A DNA stretch of 64,000 nt from Octopus vulgaris. Its lineage: Eukaryota. This document shows, one piece after another, positions 51,462 to 64,000 of this stretch. Made by a program: the position numbers and the translations under genes. Under the pieces are notes generated by a model. It was not told where the DNA came from. It ran no database searches and saw only the letters and a list, made by a program, of their open reading frames with translations. The stretch spans positions 110,422,001 through 110,486,000 of the forward strand of contig OX597814.1 in assembly GCA_951406725.2 (NCBI GenBank). Direction: 5' to 3'. Position 1 is the stretch's first letter, and each line of letters begins with the position of its first letter.

Positions 51462-52915
51462 TTTCTTGTTTCTAAAATTCAGTATGAAAGATCACTAAAA
51501 TGGAAACATTTATTTAACTTATTGATATCCATTTGTAACAAAAACGAGTAAATAATTACATTTTATTTACTAAATCTCTGAATATAGTCAAATAACTACA
51601 AAGAAATATCAAATATGTTAGAACAAAAGTAAAATCTTGGAAGATATAGTTCAGTTTATATGATCTCACTTTAGTAGTTTTGGGACAGTGTTTCTTTTAT
51701 TGTTTTTTAGGGTTTTTTCTATGTACACAATCACGATTGTCTCCATTTTCCTTTCATATTCCTTCTATTTTTCTTTCATGCCACTTCTTTCATAGTGAGG
51801 TAGACCACACTCTAAACACACACTTTAATTAGAATTACTCTTACTGTAGATTGGTTATCCTTCAACTTCAAGACACAAAGGTACTAGTGATCAGCTGCTA
51901 TCATTCAATTTAGAGTAGCAATATTTCTCAACAACATTTCCTCTTGCACCATGGAAAGAAATATTTAATTATTTAGAAAACAGAAATGAGCTATTTTAAT
52001 TAGAAAAAGTGCTGCGAAAAATGTTGCTATGATAGAGAGAGGGAAAGTGAGAGAATATTATTGTTCCATTCTACTTTCTTCAATTAAAAATATTCTTTCC
52101 TACATTTCAAACAATTAAAATTTTTAAAACTTCCAGAATTCCAATTTTATTTCTCATACATCTACTTGTGTAAGTCTATTATTTTTAGCAGCTCCAGCAA
52201 CCATGAGCAGTTTAATAAAGTCATTTAATAAGGAAATAGAGAAAGGGATGAGAAATATGAAAAGAAAAATGGATTTTTTTAACATGGATAAAAAGAAAAC
52301 ATCAAAACAAAAAGTTAAAATCAAGGAAACTATTTTGAAGGATGAATGGTGGGAGAGGGGCAGGAATTTTGAAAATTTGCATTTAAATTTTTTTTTAATG
52401 CTCACTACAAGATTCAGAAGGTGAGATATTATAGAAATACCAAAGTAATTCATTTTATTCATGACAGCTATTCTGAAAGTTAGCCTTTTATTTAAATTCT
52501 TTCAGAAGGATGGAAAGTAAACTTGACCAACGAGCAAAGATCTCAATTATGGCTCAGTAGTTACAGCGTTGGGCTCACAATAATGAGATATTGAGTTTGA
52601 TTCCCAGACCAGGCTGTGTAGCGTGTTCTTGAGCCAGACGCTTTATTTTACATTGTCCCAATTCATTCAGCTGTAGAAATGACTTGTGATGTCACTGGTG
52701 CCAAGCAGTATCGGCCCCTTTGCCTTTCCCTTGAAAAACATTGGTGGTGTGGAGAGGGGAGGCTGGTATGCATGGGCGACTACTGGTCTTCCATAAAACA
52801 ACTTTGCCTGGACTTGTGCCTTGGCGGGTAACTTACTAGGTGCAATCCCATGCTCATTCATGAGCAATGAGGATCTTTATCACAATCTTTCATCCAAAAT
52901 ATTATCATTGATTAT

Positions 52916-53075
52916 AGGCATAGGAGTGGCTGTGTGGTAAGTAGCTTGCTTACAAATCACATGGTTCCAGGTTCAGTCCCACTGTGTGGCACCTTAGGCA
53001 AGTGTCTTCTACTATAGCCTCAGGCCTTGTGAGTGGATTTGGTAGAGGGAAACTGAAAGAAGCCCGTTGTATATA

Positions 53076-53171
<96 letters not shown>

Positions 53172-53390
53172 GTGTGTGTGTGTATACATTTGTTTGTCTG
53201 TGTTTGTCCCTCCCAACATCACTTGACAACCGATGCTGGTGTGTTTATGTCCCCGTAACTTATCTGTTCGGCAAAAGAGACCGATAGAATAAGTACTAGG
53301 CTTACAAAGAATAAGTCCTGGGGTCGATTTGCTCGACTAAATGCGGTGCTCCAGCATGGCCACAGTCACATGACTGAAACAAGTAAAAGA
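52916..53390 (+). mobile_element. Full-length tRNA-derived SINE (major family)
   Basis: Highly similar to 21514-21925. Confidence 0.9.
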
Positions 53391-53960
53391 GATATTATTA
53401 TTTCAAACTAAAAATATGTTACAGTAAATGTCTAATGCTATCCTTTTGATAAATATCAACTAACTATGAATAATTATAAAACAAAATGTAATTATTTGTA
53501 CATTTTTCTTCAAAGTTCAATGAAATTATTAAATAATTATTGATGAACAATCACTTCTAAGTTAGTTTACTTTCAAAATAACAACCACACGGAGTTTCTC
53601 CATACAGTAAGTTAAGCTACCAAAAATAACGCCTAGATCTCCCTAAAATTATTTCTTGCTATTTTAGTAAAGATATTGTGTAATGTCCTAAATAAACTAT
53701 TTGCCAAAAAATAATTTTTAAAAAATAAAATAGAGAGAGGCAGAGAGATGATCTTCGCTCACAGGTCTGCCGGAGAGTGGAGCTAAACTACTTTCTAAAG
53801 AAAAATTAATGAGCTTACGACTGCATGCAGTGCTCAGGTGCGCTTTAACTCGTCAGGAAAGGTTAAATGACGAGACAGAAAGCAGATGTATTAATCATGT
53901 ATAGAAAGAGATCAACAAAACTAAGAAATACATATGCAATACACAGAAAAAAAAGACAAA

Positions 53961-55075
53961 GGTACTACTTGAGAACAGTGGTCCTGGTGCGCGCACTCGT
54001 GTACTCGGGCATCCGTGCTAGCTAGTCGTGACTCGTCGATCCTACAACGACTACCTAGCAAAGTAATAACTCACAAAATAAATAATTTTTTTACACAAAG
54101 TAAATAATTTTTGTTAAACAAAGTAAATAAAACATAAAAACACAAAGTAAATAACTTTTTAAACAAAGTAAAGGATCTTTTCCTTTTGAACGGCACTTTG
54201 TAACATAATTTCTAGGTAACTAAAAAGTCTTAAACTTCGTATACTGGTAGAATGTGTTTATAAAACATCATTTTCTCTTGGCTTTGAGAAAATTCTCTAG
54301 GTTGTAACATATTTCGTCTTTAATTTCGAGCATTTCGGCAATTTTAACCAATTGCTGACCTCCATTTAGGTAAATAACATTCTGTGCATAATGAATATGT
54401 CCCTCCTTTAAGAAACAGATTGGGTTTATTTACATTGTGAAGAAAAAAAGATACCCTTCCCCAACCCCTAACTAACCCTAACCCTAAATCTAAAATAGAT
54501 TGAAATGCAATAGATCGATACTAGGACCATAATTATGGGTGACATTTTCATTTGACACCGCTAGAAAAAAATCCCATTTTCCGTAGCGGTGTTGTATGAA
54601 ATTGTCACCCATAATTATAACCCTAGTATCGATCTATTGCATTTCAATTTATTTTAGATTTAGAGTTAGGGTTAGGGGTGGGGGAAGGGTATCTTTTTTC
54701 TTCGCAAATGTAAATAAACCCAATCTGTTTCTTAAAGGAGGGACATATTCATTATGCACAGAATGTTATTTACCTAAATGGAGGTCAGCGATTGGTTAAA
54801 ATTGCCAAAATGCTCGAAATTAAAGACGAAATATGTTACAACATATAGAATTTTCTCAATAAAGCCAAGAAAAAATGTTTTATAAACACATTCTACCAGT
54901 ATACGAAGTTTAAAAGTGTTTAGTTAACTAGAAATTGTGTTCAAAAGTGCCGTTCAAAAGGAAAAGATCCAAAGTAAATAACACACAAAAACACAAAGTA
55001 AGGATCGACTAGTCAGGACTAGCTAGCGCGGATGCACGAGTGCGCGCACCGGACCACTGTTCTCAAGTAGTACCC
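53961..55075. mobile_element. Outer MITE with about 75-80-bp TIRs
   Basis: GGTACTACTTGAGAACAGTGGTCC...GGACCACTGTTCTCAAGTAGTACCC; flanking AAGACAAA duplication. Confidence 0.85.
54173..54970. mobile_element. Inner palindromic (fold-back) MITE
   Basis: About 390-bp inverted arms with a 20-nt spacer; GGATC...GATCC ends; exact 8-bp TSD AAAGTAAA. Confidence 0.92.
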
Positions 55076-56829
55076 AAGACAAAAAGTGAACATGAAAATA
55101 ATCTTATGAGAAAAAAGGTGAGCAGGCAGGTCAGGAATAATGTTAATGAATTTTGGGAAACATGAGGTTTTTGAAGGATGCAACATCCTAACTGATTAAG
55201 AACTGATGTGGGTTATTTGTTCCTGGATCTGACAATTCTGAACGTTAAAACACGTTTCCTAAAGTCAAGGATACTACATTGTTTTTATTTTACTTTACAA
55301 GTATGTGATAGAGATACACAATTAAAAAGATGACCATAGGTGTTGGAACGATAGTGGATAATCTTGGGGGCACAAAGTCAGTTCCTTGACGTCCAAACTT
55401 TGAAAATATAATATTCAAGAAAGAAAGCAAATAAAATATATTTTTTGACACTAACTGAATCCAAGTTCGATATCATTCATTTTAATGAGACGGTTTTAAA
55501 CAAAAAACGAAGGTAATTAAGATTTAAGCAGTAAAACTGTTGTTTCAACTTACGCAGAGATGAACCTGTCGTCTGATAATGAATGGAAACCAAAGTATTG
55601 ATTTAAATAGTCAAAATATTAATTATATATATCTATCAAATAAACTGCTAAGTGAAGATTATCTGTAATTGGGTTTAAAAAGTAAAATAATTTGATGTTA
55701 AGATTAATATTAGTTAAATAGTAAAAAGTTGAAAAAGAAAATGTTTTTCATGAAACGTACTTCGATAATAATCGTAAAAATAGATAATTTCGGTAAATAA
55801 ATCGTAAAAATAATTAATCCTCATTAAATAAGATGAAGTGAATAAATAGAATCTTTCTAAAATTCTTCCAACCACCTAAATTATTTCAGTTGTTCACCAT
55901 ATTCTTTGAAATAGTTGGAAGAAATTTAAAAGATCTCAATCATTATTTGGTTCGATCTCATTAAGTCTGGATTAAAATCCATCCAAACAAGATCAACTTA
56001 GCCTTACCAAGATGCGTTTCCCATAGAATTCGGGGTTATGTAAATGTTATTCTCTTATCTCTCCCAAATTTCCTTTCTGTTCATAATTGCTCCTCTTCTT
56101 TGCTGAGCACGAACTCACATTTTCAATGTAGATTAGCTCCAAATGGATGAAGCTCTAATCCTGTGAAGGTGCTTGATTTTTTTTTAATTCTAGAGAAAGG
56201 GTAGATTGATTCTAAGAGTTTGGAACTATTTACTGTTGAAACAGTCTGATCGATCTGATCAATTATTCTAAGTCTCACTTTACTTTGTGAGTGCTAATAT
56301 ATTCTGGAGGTAAGGTTTCCAAGTCCCTATTCTAAGATACAATTAAGAAAGTGTACGTTTGTAATATGTAGTCTTCATAAAACAGGGGTATTTTTTGTTG
56401 CTATCAAAGTTTTCCATTTTTTTTAATTTCTAAAACTGTGACAGCAATAGAAAGATTCAAATAATTAAACATAAGTATAGCTGTTTAATTTTCGGAATTT
56501 TTTTCAATTCGGTTGAAATAAATATATTTTATATCATTATGTTTTATTCTCTATCATATTTCTGAGCTACAAGACCATACCATAACCTTCTGGAGTCGGG
56601 GTAAAATGGAATATGTTTACCTCAGTACATAACTGGTACTTTATTTTAGCCCCACCGCTCAGGAGGAGAGGTAAACTTATCCAACGATTATTATCACAAC
56701 TGTCTCTACTACATTTTATCAAATATTATTAAAATTTCTCAATCTTTAATCAAAAATATTGCTATTAATATATTATTTCCAAATAAAAGTAACGTTACCG
56801 TCAATGTCTGACTCTACCCCTTGTTTTTG

Positions 56830-56869
<40 letters not shown>

Positions 56870-58072
56870 AATATGCATGGATATAAAATAAAATACAATT
56901 ATTTGTATTTTTTCTTCAAAGTTCAATGAAATTATTAAAGAATTATCGGAGAATAATCACTTTTAAGACTTTATTTTCAAAACTACACGAGCCGCTAGAA
57001 ATAACTAAATTTTCCTAAAATTATACATTACTATTTTAGAAAATAAGATATGTATAAGGTTGTTCTAACTTAAATATTCGCAAAAAGAGAGAGAGGGATA
57101 AAGAAAAAAAAGGGGATGACCACGGCTGGAACGTCTTTACTCATACATAGTTCTGCTGGAGAAGGAGCTTAAATAACACTTTCCAAAGAATATAATGAAC
57201 TTTTTGTATAGTATTCAAAAAAGGGGGTAGAAAGACATCAACGGAGGCTAAAAGGTATATACACAATACATAAAAAGAGGGGAAAGTGAGCATTAAGGGT
57301 CATGAAGATGAAAGAATGGTTAAGTCAGGGGCAATGTCGGTGAATTATGGGAGGCATGGAATCTTTTAACAGCGCAATGTCCTAACAGACTAAGAACTGA
57401 TATGGGTTATTTAGTCCAGGATTTAAGAATTCTGATCATAAAAATAATGTTTCCTAAAGTCATGAGTGTCACACTATTTTAATTTTATTTTACAAAGCAT
57501 GTCTACGATTGGAAGAGATATTGAACTGAAACAGATGGCCAAACAGCTTGCTGTAAAAATGGTGGATAATTTTGGGGGCTTCTGTCCATTCAATATCTTG
57601 ACGTCCAAACTACGATAATTATATAAATATTCAATAAAGAATGCAAATAAAATATATTTTTTTATAGTAATTGAATAAATGTTCGATGTCATTAATTTAA
57701 ATGCGACGGTTTTAAACAAAAAATACGAAGATATTTAAGAAGTAAAACCGTTGTCCATACTTACACAGAGATGAACCTGTCGTCTGATTAGGAATGGAAA
57801 CCGAAGTAATGATTTAAATAGTCAAAAGGATTATTACATATCTATCTAATAAATTGTTAAATGAAGATTATCTGTAAATTTTTTGCGAAAATAAAATAAT
57901 AATTATTAATGAAAAAGCAAAAAGTTGAAAAAAAATGAATTTCGTGAAACATACTTCGGTAATAATCGTAAAAGTAAATAATTTCGGTAAATAAATCGTA
58001 AAAAGAATTAATTTTCAGTAAATGGAATAAACGAATAATAAATCAATAGAAAATAAAACAAAATTAAATAAA

Positions 58073-58466
58073 TCTTTATATATAAAAGTCAAGTTGTGTG
58101 TCTGTCTCCTACCATTTAGATTCCTAACTACTCCCACATTTTGCGGTGCAGTTTAACCAAAACCGGGTATCTTATAGTCGTGATTCATATCGAGCCCTTC
58201 TGGGTATTAGCACGCGTCAACGATGAGTCTACGATTTAAAAAAAAATTTACCATCATTTTTTCCATTTTAATGCATTTTTTCGCTATTATATAAGGGAAG
58301 TAACTCTCTAAAAATGTCTACGATGAGTCAACGATTTTTAAAAAATTTACCATCATTTTTTTTCCATTTTTAATGCATTTTTTGCTATATTTTGGCTGTA
58401 ACACTCTAAAAATGCTTATATAGTTATTTCCCTTACAAACCGAGCAACGCCGGGCGATACTGCTAG
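58073..58466 (+). mobile_element. Non-autonomous Helitron
   Basis: A|TC...CTAG|T insertion, subterminal GC hairpin (CCGAGCAACGCCGG), no TSD; internal tandem duplication. Confidence 0.85.
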
Positions 58467-59588
58467 TTTGTTATAAAACTGAATTGAGACCACCATAATG
58501 CCTTATATATATTTTTGTTAATATAATTTACAGATATAAATAATAATAATAATAATAATAATATCAATAATAATAATAATAATAAAATAATTCTTTATTG
58601 GCCACCAGGGCCGAACACAAAACAAAGAGGACGTTACACAGACGAGAGACAGTGAGGTTAAACGTGTAGGCAACCAACAAACACAACAAATATAAAAGAG
58701 ATTAAATTAACAATATGCTTCCCCAATTGTGGGTGAGTTCCACAATAAGGTAACCAAAGAGACCTTACGCCCTTTAGACCCCTTAACATAAGGGCCCGGG
58801 GACAGGGGGTGCAACGGGTGCACTTGCAGCCCCTAAAATTTTGTAGGGGTACAAAATTCAATATTGCACCCCTACTTACCTTTCCCTGACTTAGAAAATA
58901 ATGTTTAAAAATTGACCTGTAAAAAGTTGCTTAAAGATAGGTTACTTCACAAAATAAGAAGAAAGAAGTAAAATATATAAAGAAGCCCCCCAAAAAAATC
59001 CCTGGAAAGATATATTACTGAACTAAAGCAACCTCAACATTAAAATCAAAATTATATATACTAGCAGAGATACCTGGCCTTGCTTGGGATTAAAATGGCA
59101 TAGATTTTTATTGCTTTACTTGTTTCAGTCATATGACTGCAGCCATGCTGGAACACCGCCGTTGGTTGAAGAAATCGACCACAGGATTTATTCTTTGTAA
59201 GCCTAGTACTCATTCTGTCAGTGTCTTTTACCAAACTGCTAAGTTACAGGAATGTAAACTCAGCAACATCAGTTGTCAAGCAATGGTGGGGGTACAAACA
59301 CAAGACACGCACACACATACACAAATATACACATATACGACAGTTTTCTTTCCGTTTCTTACCATTTCCATGTACGAAATCCACTCACAAGGTTTTGGTT
59401 TTAGCCCGAGGCTATAATAAGCATATATATATAGGTTATGAGAGGTAATGGTGTCAAGAAGACCCAAAGGTGTCAGGTAATGCTGAGTAAGTGCTATGGA
59501 CAGACTACAATTAAGCTCCAAGTTTGGTGATTATGCGAATGAGGAATCCAACGTAGGTCATATATTAGCATGCATATATATAAAAAAT

Positions 59589-59860
59589 TAACAGAATGAG
59601 ATAAAAATCCAAGGCTGTGAAAGATTTCAGAACATTTATAAAGAGGTCTTACAGCTGTTTCTGGGATATTTTATATATCCCTTCATTGGAGACAGTGCGA
59701 GTAAATGGTTAAGCAATAGTTATTCTAAAGAACTATTGCTTAACCATTTTCTCACACTGATGAAGGAATATATGAAATATCCTGGAAACAACTGTAAGAC
59801 CTTCCCTTTATAAATGTTCTGAAATCTTTCACAACCTTGGATTTTTATCTCATTCTGTTA
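59589..59860. repeat. Fold-back (about 130-bp arms, 9-nt loop) with outward-facing hammerhead motifs
   Basis: Minus 59646-59693: GTCT-CCAATGA-A[GGGATAT..ATATCCC]A-GAAAC-AGCT-GTA-AGAC. Plus 59757-59800: CTGATGA...GAAAC-AACT-GTA-AGAC. Confidence 0.85.
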
Positions 59861-60143
59861 GGGCAGCGGTCTCACGGTTTCAATTCCCAGACTGGGTGTT
59901 GTGAGTGTTTATTAAGCGAAAACACCTAAAGCTCCACGAGGTTCCGGCAGGGGGTGGTGGTGATCCCTGCTGTACTCTTTCGCCACAACTTTCTTTCACT
60001 CTTTCTTCTGTTGGCCTGCTCACTTAGCCAGCGGGGTGGCATCATCTGAAGGCTAAAACAATGCGAAGAGCATTGTGACCAGCGATGTGTAGAAACATCT
60101 GATAGCCTGGTCGGTCACGGTGACGATGATATATATCTATAAA

Positions 60144-60333
60144 TGTAATATGTGACAATTATTCGGTAGCCATGATAAAACTCCAAGTTTCGGATACCAA
60201 GGTGGAAAAATGCTATGAAAAATGCATTTTTCTGGTGGCCGGATAACTGAAGAGATGGCGGCGTGGTTTTCCACCTTGGTATCCGAAATTTTGGAGTTTG
60301 ATCATGGCTACCGAATAATTGTCACATATTACA
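60144..60333. repeat. Fold-back (about 63-bp arms) with hammerhead-like motif at 60242-60303
   Basis: GATAA-CTGAAGA-GAT...ATCC-GAAA; the left arm preserves GAAAC-TTGGA-GTT-TTATC, which closes stem I. Confidence 0.75.
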
Positions 60334-60359
60334 ATATATATATATATATATATACATAT

Positions 60360-60777
60360 ATTCTTTCGGTGCGAATGGCTTTATTATACGATGCTGCATT
60401 TTACAATCCTGTAAATAATAATAATGGTATTTTTACATAACCTTAAAGCTTATGCTGTTCACCATGCAATGCCTAAGGAAAATAGTCTAATAATGGGGCA
60501 TATAAGCCCTTGACAAGAAAAAGAAGGCTTTCCCATCCACATGGGAAGTGAACCCACTTCCCTTTGTTAACATGACTAAGTGTGCTAACTTTACACACGG
60601 ATGGGAAAGCCTTCTTTTTTCTATAGAGGGCTTATATGCCCCATTATTAGACTATTTTCCTTAGTCATTGCACAGTGAATGCCATAAACTTTAAGCTTAT
60701 ATAAATACCATTATTATTATTTACAGGATTGTAAAATATGGTGTCGTATAACAAAACCATTTGCACCAAAATCATAT
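60360..60777. repeat. Fold-back (about 180-bp arms, 60-nt spacer)
   Basis: 60360-60538 is the diverged reverse complement of 60599-60777; flanked by (TA)n. Confidence 0.9.
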
Positions 60778-60859
60778 ATATATATATATATATATATATA
60801 CACTCACACACACATATATATATATATGTATATATAGGGTGACATGCCCAGTAATTCCC

Positions 60860-61188
60860 GAGAAAGTGGCACATTAAAGCACCCCAGTGTCATGCAAATG
60901 GCACCTGTGCCATTGGCACATAAAAGCACCCCAGTGTCATGCAAATGACACCCATGCCAGTGGAACGTAAAAGCACCCCCAATGTCATGCAAATGGCACC
61001 CTTGCTAGTGACATGTAAAAGCACCCATTATACTCTTGGAGTGGTTGGCATTAGGAAGGGCATCCAGCCATAGAAAACCATGCCAAATCAGACTGGAGTC
61101 TGATGCAGCCTTCCAGCATGCTAGCCCAGTCATACCATCCAGCCCATGCCAGCATGGACAATGGACATTAAATGATGATGATGATGAT
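60860..61188 (+). mobile_element. RTE 3' tail with three to four units of about 47 bp
   Basis: AAAGCACCCCAGTGTCATGCAAATGGCACC repeated, then the conserved tail. Confidence 0.8.
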
Positions 61189-61561
61189 TTGAAGCATTAC
61201 TTTTCCATATATAATAATAATAAATCATTATTACACCTGTGTTGGTTTTATTCCCCATGACACTGATTCTTCCAGCTTGTTGCCTAGAGTTAGTAATAAT
61301 AATTAAATTATTGTGTACGGTGCTCAGGTGCACTACAACTCATCAAAGGTGCATGTACAGTACATAGAATTATGTACAAAAGACAGGAAAGTGAACAGTG
61401 TATGAGTCATGATATACATGTGTATGGAGGGGGGGATATCAGGTGTAGAGTTGGTGAATTTCAGGAAGCTTGAAGTTGGTGAATTTCAGGATGTAATGTC
61501 TCAACAACTAACAACCGATGCAAATAATTTGTTTCATGCTTCAGCAACTAAACTATATTTC

Positions 61562-62318
61562 CGGGATGAAGTGGTGAAGCACGACCTTCAAACATTAGGC
61601 CTCACCAAGGAAATGACTAGCGATCGAGACTTTTGGAAATATGCTGTGCTTGAGAAGACCCAGCAAGCCAAATGAGACCATAACCTGTGGCCTATGCCAG
61701 GAGCGTAACCAGCCCGCTTATGCGTACCTTTTCCTTCTTTGGTCACTAAACTCTGCTTGCGAAGACCGGTTGAGTCAAGTGAAATCAAAGCCAAAATCAA
61801 TTCGATGACTGGCATCCATGCTAGCAGGGTGCAAAGAGCACCATACAAGTGTGATCGTTGACAGAGCGACTAACTGGCTTCCATGCCAGTGGCACATAAA
61901 AGGGCACCATTCAAGTATGATCGTTACCAGCATCGCCTTACTGGCACTTGTGCATGTACTAGTAGGGTGCCAAGAGCACCATCCGAGCGTGATCGTTGCC
62001 AGAGCAGCCAACTGGCTTCCGTACCCGTGGTACGTAAAAGGGCACCATTCAAGTGTGATCGTTACCAACGTCACTTCAGTGGCACGTGTAAAAAGATTTG
62101 AGCGAGGTCATTGCCAGTACCACCTGACTGACCCCTGTGCCGATGGCATGTAAAAAGCACCCACTACACTCTCGGAGTGGTTGGCGTTAGGAAGGGCATC
62201 CAGCTGTAGAAACTCTGCCAAATCAAGATTGGAGACTGGTGCAACAATCTGGTTCGCCAGCCCTCAGTCAAAATTGTCCAACCCATGCTAGCATGGAAAG
62301 CGGACGTTAAACGATGAT
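61562..62318 (+). mobile_element. RTE 3' fragment
   Basis: DEVVKHDLQTLGLTKEMTSDRDFWKYAVLEKT plus 3' UTR; collinear with 41360-42027. Confidence 0.88.
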
Positions 62319-62996
62319 GTGTGTATGGTAGTGTCATTTTCATAAAATGTGCTTGACATTCCATTCTATGTACGTGCAAATCCTAGTGCTTTATGGGTTG
62401 ATGTTCAATACTAGGTTACCAAAATCCACGTGTTATCTTACAAACCAGAAACAACATTGCAGATTCCTTTCAAGCTGTGGATATAAAAGGGAGCAAACTC
62501 TTCCAAACTTTTCACAGTTTAAATACAAAGCAGGATCGAAAATCTCCAATATCTTAAACGATCAAAGTTGTGACCAGGTGAGGTCATTCAGTATCTCTTA
62601 TTATAAAAGGCAGATTTTATCTGCCTCCCTTTGGGAGTTATACAAATCTACAATATAGGATTTCTTCAATTACAATTTACCTAGCAATTTTAAGAGTACA
62701 ATGCATCGCGTCATGCCAGGTCCAGTTTTTAAAATTTAAACTCCAATTAAGCAAAATTTACAGAAAACTCACATTCTGGTGTGTGTGTCAAATGCTTTTC
62801 TTAGTCTGGTTTACACCACACGCAAACGCACACACACAGTGGGCAACGAATAAAGTGAAACTAGATGTAATATTTGTTTCTCTCTATCACGCTGATAGAT
62901 ACATGAGTAAAATGTATGGGAAGCTAACACATAAGTGTGAGTGAAAATGTTCTTGGAAGAGAGTAAATAGCCAGAGATAGTGATTTGAGGAACACT

Positions 62997-63135
62997 CATA
63001 CATACATACATACATACATACATGCATACACACACACATACATACATACACACACACATACATACATACACACATACATACATACATACATATACATACA
63101 TACATACACACACACACACATACACACACACACAC
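62997..63135. repeat. (CATA)n/(CA)n compound microsatellite
   Basis: Direct reading. Confidence 0.95.
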
Positions 63136-63369
63136 AGTATTGAAGCTTGAGAACAATCAGATACATTTGCAACACATCTGTTGAAAATATTATTGTTCAC
63201 ACACATACATATACATATATACAGACAGACAGACAGATAGACACACACACACATGATCCAGCATGGCCACAACCTCAAGGCTGAAACATATAAAAGAATA
63301 ACAGAATATAAATGTGTGCATGTGTGTGAGAGAGAGAGTGTGTGTGTATATGTATGTATATATATATAA

Positions 63370-63800
63370 TAATGCGGTTTTTTCAACAGCTTGAACTAAA
63401 AGTCAGAGGGGAATGGGATAAACTACTTATATTAACTTGCTATAAAAGCAGGTAGTAATTTTATCTTGTCCTTATTCATAGTGCAAGTTTTGAAGAGTGC
63501 ATTTCGATTTTAACAGCTATTTTTTTCAAAGCTATATTGGAACAGCCTAGAAGACGAGCCTCATCCTGAAAGATCTGTAGAACTCGACAAGGACATCCTG
63601 AAAACCCTGGTGGAACAAAATCTCATCGTAACTGTTGAGGAACTAGCAGAGAAGCTTGGATTTGGTCATTCAACCATTCATTGAGACCTGTGTGCTATCG
63701 GAAAAGTCAGCAAATTGGGTCAATGGGTTCCTCACGAACTTTCCGAGTCTAATTGCATGCAGAGAGTGAATGTATGCTTTTCTTTGCTGTTACATCTCAC
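63370..63800 (+). mobile_element. Mariner transposase N-terminal remnant
   Basis: SLEDEPHPERSVELDKDILKTLVEQN..TVEELAEKLG..HSTIH*DL..IGKVSKLGQWVPHELS (WVPHEL motif). Confidence 0.88.
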
Positions 63801-63819
63801 CACTACTGCGCTATGTATA

Positions 63820-64000
63820 TCTATATATATAAAACTGTAGTTGTGTGAGTGTCTGTCCCCTTCGATTTAGATTCCTAACTACTCCCACATTTTGCGGTGC
63901 AGTTTAACCAAATTCGGGTAGCTTATAGTCGTGATTCATATCGAGCCCGTCTGAGTATTAGCGCGCGTCTACGATGAGTCTACGATTTTAAAAATAATTT
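63820..64000 (+). mobile_element. Non-autonomous Helitron 5' part (runs off the window)
   Basis: A|TC start; closely matches 58073 onward. Confidence 0.85.

Larger units (their letters stand above)
53485..58040. repeat. Diverged local direct duplication (copy A about 53485-55845, copy B about 56895-58040)
   Basis: Shared blocks such as TTTTCTTCAAAGTTCAATGAAATTATTAAA and CAGAGATGAACCTGTCGTCTGAT; both include a minus-strand CR1-like 3' end. Confidence 0.9.

Noticed and set aside
57740-57755. MYB-like site (AACCGTTG) near the putative first exon
   Set aside because: Short motif, altered in the other duplicate copy; expected by chance.

Overview
AT-rich, microsatellite-dense eukaryotic DNA whose repeat content (tRNA-derived SINEs with internal (TA)n/(TG)n, RTE tails ending in (GAT)n) is typical of an Octopus/coleoid cephalopod genome; the taxon is inferred. 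One protein-coding gene could be assembled by hand on the minus strand: 7 coding exons with GT-AG borders and consistent phases, spanning 51461 to 1198 (about 963 aa). Its C-terminal helix and basic N-terminus resemble BRME1/C19orf57, the meiotic MEILB2-BRCA2 partner. It also carries a long 9-aa repeat tract and a PIP-box-like C-terminus. The rest is intron and upstream sequence filled with decayed mariner, RTE, CR1-group, Gypsy, Penelope and Helitron elements, SINEs and MITEs. Notable non-coding structure: (i) several minimal type-I hammerhead ribozyme motifs, mostly as outward-facing pairs in fold-back elements, three copies having a U3-A8 covariant core; (ii) a LINE and SINE sharing a 3' tail with a covarying stem-loop; (iii) a nested palindromic MITE; (iv) a local duplication of a putative first exon/promoter. 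All calls were made by eye, with no database searches; repeat boundaries are approximate.
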